Positions 1-13,335 are shown, numbered from the stretch's first letter. The stretch: 64,000 bases of DNA from Octopus sinensis (GCF_006345805.1 NC_043008.1:72850001-72914000); one strand, 5' to 3'. Notes: generated from the letters alone by a model not told the origin. Translations and numbers: made by a program.

Positions 1-193
1 AGAGGGTACAAACAAGGACAGACAAACGGATTAAGTTGATTACATCGACCCCAGTGTGCAGCTGGTACTTAATTTATCGACCCCGAAAGGATGAAAGGCA
101 AAGTCAACCTCGGCGGAATTTAAACTCAGAATGTAGCAGCAGACAAAATACTGCTAAGCATTTCGCCCTGCGTGCTAACGTTTCTGCCAGCTC
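1..193 (-). mobile_element. tRNA-derived SINE, family A (central gcctttcatcctttcggggtcgataaattaagtacc domain)
   Basis: Reverse complement reads cgagctggcagaaacgttagc...gagtttaaattccgccgaggttgactttgcctttcatcc; the same sequence recurs many times in the window (e.g. 30585, 45360, 58695). Confidence 0.85.
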
Positions 194-1599
194 GGTGCCT
201 TCAATCAAAATGGTTCTGTAAATCCATCACTCTAACAATGATGCATGCAATTGAAAGATTTCTTGTGGTCATGTAAATACTGGAAACAATATGGGGTTGA
301 AACCTGGACAACAGAGTTGTAGTAACCTAATCTTTTATTTAGCCTTAATCCTTCATAATCTCATTATATATTGAAGAGATTTGTTATCACTAAATCACAA
401 GTCCTAGATCCATGAACATGAATTGTAAATAATTGTATCAGAATAATACCATTAATTTTTTCTGACAAAGAACACTCCATTGCTGGCCACTACCTCACAA
501 AATGGAAATTTTAGTTTGGTTTGGTTTGGTAATAAATATGAGGTGCGGTGTCAATTTTTATGCATTGATCTGGCTATATTAAACACTTGTAGTTAAGATC
601 CCAGTATCATAGAAGTCACTGGCAACTGGTTAGAAATGGTTTTGAACATTTTTAATTAATAAATGAGCTTTATTTAATACATAAATCATAATTTCCTCCA
701 AGACTGACACTTGAATTAAAATGGGAAGAAACCATTTCCTAATTATTCTCCCTCTAACTATGGGATTCATTACAACTGTCCCCTCTTATTACCTTGAATT
801 CATATTTCAAAATGGCAGCCCTCCCACAGGATTTTGCAATGAACAGAAGATGGGAATTTGATTTACACCATTTCTGTAATCCTCCCCCACTCCACCGTTT
901 TCTTTCCCCTCCTCTTTTTTTTCTGTTAGATGAGGATACAACGAACGAACCTGAAAGAATATCTATGCAGCACACGAGAGAAATAATTTTCTATAGAAAA
1001 TCTTCCACGCTGAAAAATTATCATTATCAACCCATTATCAAGAATGGAAAGTTACTTCCGGCCTGTGAGATGGATTAGATGTGGCTGGTCAATAGAATAA
1101 GGTTCATGTAAAGCATTGAAGAAAAGAAATGAAAGAGTGATTGATAGAAGAGAAGTGGTTTCAATCATTTGTCTGTTGTCATATCTTGCCATTACTCCTG
1201 TTTGAAGTTGAACAATAAAGACCTGATTAAAATCACAATGGTTATATAGATTCCCAGCACACACTGCTTTTCAAGATATTACTTGTGCCAGGATAGATAT
1301 GGACAGTTGCTATAATTAAGTATACTACTGTACAGTAATTGGACGCAGTAGAAGGCTTACGGCATTACAGCTTAACCTCCATAGAAACAGGGTCAATATT
1401 AAGAAAAGGGATCTCTATCTATAAAATAGCTGCAAAAGGCACATAGGTACACACACTCACACAGATATGTATACTGATGTAGAAACATATAAATCTATCA
1501 TTAAATATATAGCCCACACATATACACCTGAATTATTAAATATATAATAATCATCCACATCATCATCGTTTTGATATTCAATTTTCCATGCAAGTATAG

Positions 1600-2540
1600 A
1601 AAAGGGGACATTAAAATGATGATGGGAATTCCTGTATGCTGATGAATTAACTCGTATAGAAATATTTGTAGAGGAATTGTAGCAAAAATTCCAGCCATGG
1701 AAATAGTCTTAAGGTTCTCCAATTCCATTTGAAAATGAAAGACCTGAAAGTAAAATTTTAGGAAGGAAGGAAGAGGAAAATAGTTACGTTCCTTTTATAG
1801 AAAAGATGTTTGTACAAATTTTATATATTGTGTTCTGTGTAGACACAAACGGTGTAGTGGAATCACAGGTAGGATATCACAGAAGGTAGATTTCATATGC
1901 AGCACATGCATTAGGGCAGTAAGCACTAAGAGCACTCAGGAAATACATTCACTGAAACGTCCAGACACCTCTCTGGAAGTTGTTATTAGCTTTTGTTACC
2001 TAGCTAACCTAAGTGGCATTGAGAGCCAGTGATCCAAATATGTTGTATCCAAAATAAGAATGGGTTAGAGGAAGTTCAGAGATCTCTTGCTACTACTGGC
2101 AACAAAGGACTTTTCTCTCAAAGTCAGGGATAGCTTATATGATGCTTGTGTTTGAAGTGAGCTACTGCATAGCAGTGAGACAGGAGCCTTGGATGTAGAA
2201 GATATGCAAAGACTTAAAAGAATGAGGTAACACATGCATCATTGGATATGCCATGTTTGTATACATGAACCAAAGAATAAATAAAATACAAGACAAAAGG
2301 GGTATAAGAGGAATCAGACATAGTGTGTAAGAAAGGAGAATGCACTGGTATGGGATTGTGATGTAAAAGGAGTATGATAGGTGCACAAGCAAGCCCCAAG
2401 GGGTCAAAGTGAATGTTACCTATAGAAGACGTGGTGTAAATCATCTCAAAGTACTCAAAGGAGAGAACAAAGAAGTGACTCAACCGGTGATACATAGTGA
2501 TGCAGAAAGCCCAACACCCTGCACCAGCTTGTGAAAATGC
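1600..2540 (+). mobile_element. Old, heavily decayed RTE-clade LINE fragment (RT motif C to C-terminus)
   Basis: Broken-frame translation EFLYADEL..EEL*QKFQPWK, then RMG*RKFRDLLLL..KGLFSQ.RD.LYDACV, parallels the younger RTE copy at 60185-61738. Confidence 0.65.
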
Positions 2541-3719
2541 CTACTAAAATAGCAAGGTAATGTACACTCCACTTACTGTCTATTGTTTATTCTATAACCT
2601 AACAATTCTCCAACATCTTTTCTACGCACTTTCATCTCCCTTGCATCTGTATTTGAGATGAAAACATTCAACCTGTGCATACCCTTCTGTCTTCCCATCA
2701 ACTTTTTTTCTTATGTACTGTACCAAAGCACCTACCCTATGCATACAGAACTCCCTTATTCCTCCCCATAACCTACTATCCCTCCTTCTTTAATCTTTCA
2801 TGATGACTCCCAAAAAGGAAGGAGCTTGGATTGCACCCTAGCAGCATTCACACACTCCCACAGTCTTCTGTCTGCCTTCCCTCTTCTCTTCTTCATCCAG
2901 AGTAAGTTACTTAAAGAATGTACTTAGGTTCATCTTCCTCTTCCTCGCTGCTCTCTGTTAATCTTTTCACTATCACCCATTCACAACAATAAATCTGATC
3001 CTTACTGTAACTTCTCACAATACCTCACCTATAGCCAAAACTCTCTCTTGTTTTCTCTTTTAGGGTTGAGGTTCTTTTGTCTTGTGAGTTAGAAAGTAAC
3101 CTCACTAGTGCCAGGAGCACAGAAAAAATGCCCAGTACACTTTGTAAAGTGGTTGGCAAATTGAGCAGAGACAACATTTTGTCTATGAAGATTCTCTTGT
3201 GTTTATGAGGACAAGATAGCCTCTACATTGTTTGTGCTTTGAAAAAACTGCACCCTTACACTCTACAAAGTGGGTGGTAGAAAGGACATTTAGCCACAGA
3301 AACCAAAAGCATTATTGAGACACTGGAGCAAAATGTGGTCATGAGATACATCGGATCCTGTTAAACTATTCAACCCTTGCTAGTGTATGTAAAATCATGA
3401 TGGTGGATGGATCAGGCCAGAGTTTGTTGAGGCAGAAATTTCTACATGTAGTATTACATGTGGTTATACACCATACCCTACATGTAATTATATTCAACCA
3501 TACTACATGAGATATATGAATGGAATATCTCAGAGTGTGGTCCTACACAATCAATTCAAAACAGATGATTAATAGCATTTTTCAGTGAGAACCCAATCAA
3601 CCTACACTGGGATCATAAAATCATATGGTGTGAAGAATATTTTAATGTTCATATAAAAGTCTTAACTGTCATTTGTAATATGTAGTAGTACTTTTTTAAT
3701 AATGATTACAAATTTTATA

Positions 3720-3900
3720 ACAAGGCCAGCAATCTGCGGTGGAGGTGTGTGTAGGGAAGGTCTATTAAATCAACCTCAGTCATAAACTGGAGCTTATTTC
3801 ATAAATCCTGAAAGGATCAAAGGCAAAGTCGACCTTGGTGTAATTTGAACCCAGAACATAGAGAAATGGTACTGAGCATTTTGCCCAGTTTGCCTCCTTT
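3720..3900 (-). mobile_element. SINE family A, decayed copy
   Basis: gaaaggatcaaaggcaaagtcgaccttggtgtaatttgaacccag matches family A in reverse orientation. Confidence 0.7.
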
Positions 3901-3984
3901 AATAATATAAGCACACACAACGTATTAGTAGTATGAAACCCTCTGACAAATATATATTAAATACATTTATAGATATATATCAAC

Positions 3985-4150
3985 AAATGCATGGCTGTGT
4001 AGTTAAGAAGTTCTCTTCCCAGCTGAGGGTTTAGGTTCAATCCTTACATGTGGCACATTGGACATATATTATCTACTGTAGCTCAAGCTGACTGAAGCTT
4101 TATGAGCATTTGGCAGATGCAAACTGAAAGAAGCCTTTCATATATATATA
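3985..4150 (+). mobile_element. tRNA-headed CORE-like SINE (family B)
   Basis: ggctgtgtagttaagaag...ggttcaatcc head, a gtggcac(c)ttgg(g)caagtgtc CORE-like block and a (TA)n tail; many copies in the window. Confidence 0.7.
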
Positions 4151-4409
4151 TATAAATGGCTTCCATAATTTCAGTTTCACTCACAAGGTTTAAATTTACT
4201 TGAGTTATAGTAATCCTAGATGCCACACACAGGAGTTGAACCCAGATCTTAGGAAAGCAAAGTAAACTTATTAACTATTTTATTCCAGTGCCTTTTTCTA
4301 TTAGTATATACATGAATACTAGGACATGTAATCTATGAAATTACTTGAAGTTTCAGTAAATATATTTAGACTGAATACTTCATCTATTGTTTGAAAATGT
4401 CAGTGTTGT

Positions 4410-4587
4410 ATGCAGATGTATGTGAGACTGTGTGCTGTACATGTGTGTAGATATGTATGTGGCAGTATGCTGTGTATATATACACACACACACATACATA
4501 TACACACATGTTTATATGATTGCGTGTTGCATGTGTGTGTACATATATATATACACACACACACATATATATATATGATTGCGTGTG

Positions 4588-4650
<63 letters not shown>

Positions 4651-5090
4651 ATATATCCATACATACACACATACATACAACATACATACATACATACATA
4701 CATACATACATGATTTCCTATCTCTATGAATGAATATGTGTATGTATATATGTATGATTGCATGTCATGTATGTGTGTGCATATACATATACACACACAC
4801 ACATATATACACCCCAACACACACATATATACACCCCCCACACACGCACATATGATTTCCTATCTCATTGAATGAATATGTGTATGTTTATGTATATGTA
4901 TGAGTGCTGGGGTGTGTGTGTGTATGCATGCATGAATAAGTAAGTGATTGTGAATACATGTAAATGGTTGAATGTGTGCATGTGAGCGTGTTTAAGAGAA
5001 TAAACGTGTATGTAAATGAACACGTGTGTATATACATGAGTAGAAGTATGCAAAAACACACACACACACATGGACGGGTGGGTGGGTGTG
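4410..5090. repeat. Compound (TA)n/(TG)n/(TACA)n microsatellite
   Basis: Directly visible; produces spurious YI/CV/HT-repeat ORFs. Confidence 0.95.
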
Positions 5091-5829
5091 TGCACTGGAG
5101 ATAGCTGCAATAACAGAGTTCCAGTCCAAATTTTTGTAACTTTTGGTCATTCTTAGTTCTGAATTGAAATAGTGCTTGAATAACGTTAGTTTTTATTGCT
5201 TTCCTCTTGTGAAAATAGAGAGTGGGTAGGGTGTGGTGATGTGACTTATAGAGGTGAAGAGATGGAGGCGGGCAGTTGATAGAAAGAAAGGAATGGGTAG
5301 TCAGAAATGGAAAACATAAGAAAGAAGACTACAGCATGGTGGCGATGGGGATGGTACAGCAACACTAACACCACCACCGCCACCACCATCACCGTGTTGA
5401 TCATATTCCTATAATTCTACTTCTTACCTGGGATATACATAATTGAGAAATATATAAAATAAATATATTAAAACTATAAGTAAAAGAAAAAAGCAAGAGA
5501 ATGGGGTAAAAGCAGAGAGTGAAGCCATAGAAAGACATTTGCAAGGAAATCTAAGTGAGAATAGAAGCCATAAAATAGAGAGAGAAAAATGAGAAGGTGG
5601 GAGGGAGAAAGAGAAAGTGAGAGGGGGAACGAGAGAGTGAGAATGGTATAGAGGCTGGGTAAATTCAATGAGTTCTTGTCACATTCCTGAGTCACGCAAT
5701 GTCAGCTAGGAAGTACTCACATCGGCAAATCGATTCCTCTTGTTGAATAAGAGGAATAATTCTCATTGAAGCAGATAAGAACACACTTCCTGTAGCCAAA
5801 CTCTACATGGAACGATGGACTTCAGTATA

Positions 5830-6116
5830 TATGCACACACACACACACACACACACACACACCACACACACACACATGCGCACACGCATGTACACACGCG
5901 CACACATAAATACAGGTGTGTGTTGCATGTGTTTTACACAGTAAGCAAAATGTACAAAGATGTGGTTTCATATTAAACGCATGGATCTATGTATGTACAC
6001 ACATACATATACATGTGCGTGTATACATATACATCTATATATGCATGCATGTCTGTGCGTATATATATATGTGTGTGTGTGTATGTGTATGTGATTATAT
6101 GTGCATGTGTGTATGT

Positions 6117-6178
<62 letters not shown>

Positions 6179-6860
6179 GTAAGTGTATATGCATATATGA
6201 ATCTACAGAGATATAATACACACACACTCAGACACACACAAACATGCACATAATCACTCTCCATCTAATATACTGAATAAAATGCACATAAAAGACATGA
6301 CTGTGAAGTACATATAAGCCTATATATTCTATACATTTTATGGGGTAACAAAATTATTTGCAATATTCTGCGTATATACACTAACAACACTAAGTACACT
6401 GCATATATAAAAATATATATGTGTGTGTCTACATATATGAAAAGGTGCATAAAAATATCTTGCTTTATTCCACCATGCATACATGTATATACATGTGTAA
6501 TTATATGCCTTACATTGTACAGTGTAAGAAAAATGTATGTATAAAAGCTTTGCCCAATTTTACATATATGCACCTTATGATACAAGCATACATACATGCA
6601 CCCATGTATTCATATACTGTATGTAAATTGTATATGCTCAACATTCAGAATATTGACTGTCTGCTTTAGTTTTATGAACACGTGCACCTGTATATGAATA
6701 CATACACACACACACACACACACATACATACAAACACACAGACACACAAACACATACACACACGCACATACATAGCATCCATGGTATCATATGTATGTGT
6801 ATGTATTTCTGGATGTATACATCTCTCTCTGTCTGTCTCTCTCTGTATATATATATATAT
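5830..6860. repeat. Compound (CA)n/(TA)n microsatellite region
   Basis: Directly visible. Confidence 0.9.
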
Positions 6861-6967
6861 ATACCGGAGTAAGCACATAAATGTGAAACAAGGTGGAAAA
6901 AAGAGTACTCAAATACCAGAAGTAGAGTAATATGCTTTATTTAAAAGCAGCAGAAATATAACAAAAG

Positions 6968-7005
6968 CTGTTACTCAGAGTTTCACGTTCCTGTTTGTCG
7001 GACAG
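6968..7005 (-). ncRNA. Minimal type I hammerhead-like motif (variant core, decayed)
   Basis: Reverse complement: CUGU-CCGACAA-ACAGGAACGU-GAAA-CUCUGAG-UA-ACAG; stem I CUGU/ACAG, GUA cleavage triplet. Confidence 0.5.
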
Positions 7006-7022
7006 TTATGTTAAAAAAAAAA

Positions 7023-7060
7023 TTGTCCAACGAACGGGAATGTGAAACTCCTAGTAACAG
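7023..7060 (+). ncRNA. Minimal type I hammerhead-like motif (variant core, decayed)
   Basis: UUGU-CCAACGA-ACGGGAAUGU-GAAA-CUCCUAG-UA-ACAG; the two-copy consensus core is CCGACGA. Confidence 0.5.
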
Positions 7061-7099
7061 CCTTTGTTAAATTTCTGCTGCTTTTAAATAGAGTATGTA

Positions 7100-7157
<58 letters not shown>

Positions 7158-7184
7158 ATATATATAATATATATATATATATAT

Positions 7185-7420
7185 CATGATCATTATTGTC
7201 ATTTGCATTTAATGTCTGTTTTCCATGCTGGCATGGTTGGATGGTTTGACAGGAGCTGGCAAACCAAGAGACTTCGCCAAGCTCCATTGTCTATTTTGGC
7301 TTGGTTTTTACAGCTGGATGCCCTTCCTAATGCCAACCATTTTATAGATTGGACTGAGTGCTTTTCATGTGACACCAGCACTTGCGAGGTCATTAGGTAA
7401 CTTGCAAAACAAAGTTCCTT
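7185..7420 (-). mobile_element. SINE with RTE-type 3' tail (family C)
   Basis: Reverse complement ends ...caaaccatccaaccatgccagcatggaaaacagacattaaatg, matching the RTE 3' UTR at ~60190-60240. Confidence 0.75.
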
Positions 7421-8051
7421 TGAGAGGAGTGAGGTACTGGAGGAGGTAGCTTTGTGCCAGGTGATGAGAGATTGGAGTATGTCAGTGGGACAGTAAAATG
7501 TATCCTGCTGGAAAGGAGATAGATGGTTACCACAGTTGGAAAAAGAGAGAGAAAGGAAGAGGGTAATCAAGAATGAGCATGAGAGCAGAAGAGAATGAGA
7601 GTAAGAGAGATGGTGGTGATACACTCAAGGTACAAGGAATGAGAAAATAAATAGGATGGTAGAGCATTGCTAAGGGTGCAGGAGTACAGAGTCCATGTGA
7701 ATGCAAAGAAGTGGGAAGTGGAGAATATAGTGACTGGTGAAACTTGAGTATATAGAAGAGGGACACAATGGGATAGCACTGCCCTGACCATTGTATAATA
7801 GACATATTTATATAAACATATATATATATGATAGAAATATTAAAATTACTAAGTCTCTCTAAAAGAGAACAACGGCAGCATTCCCGGAAAATAATAGTTA
7901 TCACCATACTAATATGGCATTCTTATAAAAATAAGAATAAGCTGTCCGCTTATTAGCTCCATGAGGCCATCGCCTTAAGTTAGCTATTTGATACACAAAC
8001 TGTATCCATATACCTTTGAACAAGGGAGTCAGTCGCTCCACACTATTGGCC

Positions 8052-8108
8052 GGCAGCTAGCTAGACGCGTTTCGGGGTATTGCCCCTTTTCAATGCAGCA
8101 TAGCCAGA
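8052..8108 (-). ncRNA. Type I hammerhead ribozyme motif, U3-A8 variant core (copy 1)
   Basis: Reverse complement: UUGAAAA-GGGG caaua CCCC-GAAA-CGCG-UC; palindromic ACGCGU stem III, GUC triplet. Confidence 0.7.
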
Positions 8109-8409
8109 CCAGTAGGTGTGCTTCTGACAATCTCTGTTCAAGGTTTTATTTACCTAGCTTCGGTGGAATACATCAACTGTTTTCAATAATAGAAATATTA
8201 AAATTACTAAGTCTCTCTAAAAGAGAACAACGGCAGCGTTCCCGGAAAATAATAGTTATCACCATACTAATATGGCATTCTTATAAAAATAAGAATAAAG
8301 CTGTCGCTTATTAGCTCTATGAGGCCATGCCTTAAGTTAGCTATTTGATACACAACTGTATCCATATAACCTTTGAAAAGGGAGGTCAGTCGCTCACACT
8401 ACTTGGCCG

Positions 8410-8462
8410 GCAGCTAGCACAGACGCGTTTCGGGGTATTGCCCCTTTTCAATGCAGCGTAGA
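8410..8462 (-). ncRNA. Type I hammerhead ribozyme motif, U3-A8 variant core (copy 2)
   Basis: Core, stem II and stem III identical to copy 1, one repeat unit away. Confidence 0.7.
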
Positions 8463-10081
8463 GACCAGTAGGTGTCGCTTTGACAATCTCTGTTCAAGTT
8501 TTATTACCTAGCTTCGTGGAATACATCCACTTGTTTTCAATAATAGAAATATAAAATTACTAAGTGTCTCTAAAAGAGAACAACGGCAGCGTTCCCGGAA
8601 AATAATAGTTATCACCATACTAATATGGCATTCTTATAAAAATAAGAATAAAGCTGTCCGCTTATTAGCTCCATGAGACCATCGCCTTAAGTTAGCTATT
8701 TGATACACAAACTGTATCCATATAACCTTTGAACAAGGGAGGTCAGTCGCTCCACACTACTTGGTTATATGGATAAGTTTGTGTATCAAATAGCTAACTT
8801 AAGGCGATGGCCTCATGGAGCTAATAAGCGGACAGCTTTATTCTTATTTTTATAAGAATGCCATATTAGTATGGTGATAACTATTATATATATATGTATA
8901 TATATATATATATATATATGTTTATATAAATATGTCTATTATACAATGGTCAAGGCAGTGCTATCCCATATTATATATATAATATATATATTAATATATA
9001 TATATATAGATATATATATAAGTATATATATATATATCATCATAATTATTTAACATCCATTTTCCGTGATGGCATGGACGTTTGACTAAGAACTAGTAAG
9101 CGGGGGAGTTGCACTAGGTTTTAGTCTGTAATGTGTGGGGTGGGGGGCATGCATGCATGCACATGCTGGTGTGTGTGTGTGTATGTATATACATATCATC
9201 ATCATCAGCAGCAGCAGCATCATAGTCCAATGCTTGTTTCCCATGTTGGCATGAGTTGGACAGTTTGATAGGAGCTGACAAACTAGAGAGTTGCAGCAGG
9301 CTTGATTCTCTGCTTTTGCAGACTTTCTTTGGCTGTACAACGAGATGCCTTTTCTAATGCCAAGCACTTTACAGACTGTACTGGCTGCTTTTTACATGGT
9401 ACCAGCACCAGTGATTTTTACTGCTGCTGGTGCCATGTAAAAAGGACACAGTGCACTCTGTAAAGTGGCATTAGGAAAGCCATCCAGTTATAGAAACCAT
9501 GTTAAAGCAGAGAAAGGACCCTGTACACCTCACTAGCCACTGTCAAACTGTCCAACCCATGCCATCATTAAAAAATGGATATTAAATGATAATCACACAC
9601 ACACATTCAAAATGAAGTTTGTGTACAATCCTTAATATGTAAATTATATATCTGTATAGATATATTCCTTTGTTGCAGTTTATATGCATTCCTGTGTATG
9701 CATTTGGATCAGAATATCTTTGTGTGCTACATGTGACTGAAGTTTAAACATTATAGAATTGTGTGAGTTTTGGGGATGTGAATTACTGTGAAGGAGCCTA
9801 TCTTTTTACGACTATTTAGCTTACGTTGATGATGAAGATTGGCCATTCAAGTGAATTATCTTCTTCTGAATTACCATGACACTTACTGATTATTCAACAA
9901 ACATGTGTGCAATTAACGTAATTCTTAGGATGACCATTTCTGCTGCACTAGTTTCACTCACAAATTACAGGTCAAGAGGAAAATGACATTTGCCCATGCT
10001 GTGGCAAACCCAGAACATCAAGGCTCTAAAGCAAGCTTTCTAAACACTCAGCTGTACAGTGTCTACATTGTGTGTGTGCAA

Positions 10082-10126
<45 letters not shown>

Positions 10127-10334
10127 TGTGTGTATATATATATATACAAACATATATATGTATATTCACATACACATCTATATATATATGTATATATATA
10201 TACACACATATATATACATACACACATATATATACACACTGACACATATATATGTATCTATACATACACACACACATATATATATACAAACACACACACA
10301 CATATATATATGTATATATTCTACTTGTCCAATA

Positions 10335-10640
10335 TTTTGAACCTGAGTTTGTTCCCATTAACGAGGGTGTCTGAATCTACCTCACTCCTACTCACATTAT
10401 CTTGCCATCTTGTCCAGTTTTAGATATCCTCCCTCCTCAAGCCAACCCTCCCAATCTCCTGCATCACCTCTCCCCTCCACGTTTTCGACCTTATTTTACG
10501 GTTGGTTCACTCTAAACTCAAGCATTCTCCTCAGAACATCGTTCTCATCCCACCTTAACACATGTCCATACCACTGCACTCTGTTCACCCTCACCAGCTG
10601 TTCCACCAATTCCTTCAACCCCAGCATCCCCATCAAGTCC
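10335..10640 (-). mobile_element. RTE LINE 3' fragment
   Basis: Reverse strand translates DLMGMLGLKELVEQLVRVNRVQWYGHVLRWDENDVLRRMLEF, an RTE C-terminal RL.WYGHV.R-type motif. Confidence 0.7.
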
Positions 10641-10744
<104 letters not shown>

Positions 10745-10769
10745 TTTAAGGTATTATTATCATTATCAA

Positions 10770-11871
10770 TAATAATATGTGGTAAAAACAACATTCCCAC
10801 AAAAAGCCTACTTGGCAGGAGAATTGTCAACCCCGAATTCAGCTACTTAGGTCTGACATAGAATGCTTAATCAACTTTAAGCTTGACAAGACTATCAAAC
10901 CAACAAAAATCAAAAAATTAAAGAAAAAATATAGTATGAGAACCATATTTAACATTGATACCACCAAAGAAACTTTCAGACAAAAGGTATGTGAAAAGCT
11001 GCTCACATAGCAAGGTATGAAAAGCATGTTAGATTCTTCAAGGACAACAACACGTTAAAAAATAATCCAAAATTTTTTACAAGAAGATAGGGAAAATACC
11101 AGATACGCTAAAGTCTGTCCCATCAAAAGAAGAAGTGGAGGAATATTGGAATAAAATTTGGGTAGAAGAAAACACACTCAATAAAAAAGCCTCTTGGGTT
11201 GATAGAATATCTACAGACCTAGACTCCTTAGAAGAGCAAAAGTGGGAGGTTATCAAAGCAGATGATGTAGGATTTGCTCTCAGAAAGTCAAGCAAATGGA
11301 AATCTCCAGGAAAATATAAAATTCCTAACTTCTGATTGAATGCCTTCCTAGAGAGCCATGAACTGCTCACAAAACTTTACAACAATGTTTTGAAGCAACC
11401 TAGTATGATTCTCTCTTGGCTAGTTAATGGTATAACATTCCTACTTCGAAAAAGGGAAGAAACAAATGAACCAAAAAATTATAGACTGATAACCTGCTTA
11501 ACAACAATGTATAAAGTACTAACGGCTGTCTTGACTGAATGTACCTATAATTTTTTAATAGAAAGTAACATACTCCCTAATGAGCAAAAAGGATGTAAAC
11601 ATGGGTCCTATGGTTGTAAAGATAAGCTACTCATTAATAAGATGATCTTGGAAGATTGTCACAAACATCACAAATACTTGTTCATAGTCTGGATAGACTA
11701 TAAAAAAGCTTTTGATAGCCTGCCACATAGCTGGATTAAGAAATGTCTGGAAATGTATAAGATAGCACCTACTTTGCGAAACTTGTTGTCTGTAAGTATG
11801 AGAGCATGGAGAACCTCACTGATTTTGAACAGTGACAATGAATCTCTCAATGCTGGAGATGTAAGTATTTC

Positions 11872-11875
<4 letters not shown>
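10770..11875 (+). mobile_element. R4/Dong-type (RLE) non-LTR retrotransposon RT fragment, pseudogenised
   Basis: WKSPG..KIPNF*LNAF...KNYRLITCLTTMYK...EQKGCKHGSYGCKDKLLINK...WIDYKKAFDSLPHSWI; truncated by (TA)n at ~11875. The tail of track ORF 11336-12034 is microsatellite. Confidence 0.85.
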
Positions 11876-11920
<45 letters not shown>

Positions 11921-12239
11921 ATACTTATACACAAATTATATAAATACACACACACACACACAGACATATGTGTGTGTGTGTGTGTTTGTGAAAATAAACG
12001 TCTGGAAATATTTTGTATATTTTTAATTAATTAGAAATATTAAAAATATAGTAAATTTTTCCTGTCTTTTGTTTGATATATAATTACTCTGCAAATAGAA
12101 TTCACCATTAATTTCAGATACTATAAATGCCTCATTTAAAATAAATCATCTGTATGCATACATTTAATTACTGCATCTATGCAGATGTGCTTCATAAGAA
12201 CTGTACCTATCTTTATATAAGTGCATGTACTTGGGTATG

Positions 12240-12690
12240 AATATGCCACAGTATCACAATGTTGGCCACACCATCAGATGCTGTTTTACACCCTTGAGTA
12301 CAATATGCATCAAATTTTTTCCTTCTTGTCCCAGATTGTTTAACTAGATCGTTTTCCAATCATGTTGGATCTTTCATGTGGCCCTTTCCAATTTCTTGGA
12401 TACCCTTAGCAACTGCACAGGTCCACCTGTTATCTGTAAACTTTGCGACATGTCTGGCCTTGTGGAACTCGTGCTTTTGGTACTCTGTGATTGTACCATT
12501 TATTCCATGTAATCTGTTCTCAAATTATGATATTTTGAATGTACCCTTGTAATGATATTCCTATCATGGTTCTTTCCATGGCTCTTTGTGTTGATGTTCT
12601 ATCCTATTGTAGTAGCCCACACCTCACTCACATATAAGAGCACAAGTAGGATGCTGAATTGTTTAATGTTAAGTGAAGAAGAGTCTCTAA
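12240..12690 (-). mobile_element. Decayed RTE LINE 3' fragment
   Basis: Reverse strand: PVLLYVSEVW...QRAMERTMIGISL...ARHVAKFTDNRWT. Confidence 0.6.
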
Positions 12691-12789
12691 AATCATGTTG
12701 GCATTCCAAAACTTAGGGAAAAACCATATCTGTCAAGCAAAGTTTTTGAAAGGAAGGCAAAGCTCAATGTGAGGAACCACACAATGGTA

Positions 12790-13335
12790 GCTAAAGAGAC
12801 ATCAGAAATAATCTATCATATTGCCAACCCTGTGTCTATCTAAACCACTCATTGTGAACTCCATAAATCTGGATACCATTGATGGGCTGTAATTGCTAAA
12901 CCTCTCTTGTTACCCATCAATACTGATTGGTGTCTAGACTAACTCAAGGGGTCAGTGGCTCAATGGAATAAAGTTATCTTTGATGAATTATCAGTCACCC
13001 TTTTTCCTACTTAAGGGTGAGTTTATGTCTGGAGACTGCTTAAAAACGCCTTTCACCCCAGACTGTCTAGCTCCAACCTTGAAGCATGGAGGTAGCTTTA
13101 TTATGATTTGGGCAGTATATCACAGAATACTCTTGGCCTTTTAGTTGTTCTACATGGGAAAGTTAACACCAATGATTGTTTGAGTATTTTGGTTGATCAG
13201 GTCTATCCTGTCATACAAACATTGTTCCCTAATGACAGACCAATCTTCAAGGATTATAAAACATCAATTCACATGGCTAATATTATTCAAAATTGGTATG
13301 AAGAACACAAAAGCACAGTAGAACAACATGGATTG
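12790..13335 (+). mobile_element. Tc1-family transposase remnant
   Basis: ELHKSG..KPLL..QWNKVIF..PDCLAPTLKHGG..MIW/GSIS..LGLLVVLHGKV..DQVYPVIQTLFP; frameshifted. Confidence 0.75.

Larger units (their letters stand above)
6862..7094. mobile_element. Short TA-flanked element with ~66-bp inverted repeat, each arm carrying a hammerhead-like motif
   Basis: Arms ~6939-7004 and ~7024-7090 are reverse complements; (TA)n lies on both sides. Confidence 0.7.
7830..8886. repeat. ~355-bp tandem repeat (2.6 copies) with terminal inverted partial copy; retrozyme/PLE pseudo-LTR-like
   Basis: Units start at ~7831, ~8189 and ~8543; 8763-8886 is the reverse complement of 8603-8727; microsatellite-rich flanks with (TA)n. 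Confidence 0.9.

Noticed and set aside
754-1264. Candidate minus-strand exons (793-950 and ~1055-1223)
   Set aside because: No recognisable product; they lie just upstream of, and may belong to, the same old RTE copy.
1501-1743. Minus-strand hydrophobic ORF with apparent splice sites, resembling a membrane-protein exon
   Set aside because: It is the antisense of a decayed plus-strand RTE RT (EFLYADEL...KFQPWK).
4384-6930. Many 60-110 aa ORFs rich in YI/CV/HT repeats (also at 7.1, 10, 18.2, 19, 39.7, 52 and 62.5 kb)
   Set aside because: Stop-free translations of dinucleotide microsatellites.
7830-8886. Possible CRISPR-like array
   Set aside because: Units are whole ~355-bp duplications without unique spacers, there are no cas genes, and the context is eukaryotic.
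11876-12034. C-terminal extension of the 232-aa RT ORF
   Set aside because: Read-through into (TA)n/(CA)n microsatellite after the LINE fragment is truncated.
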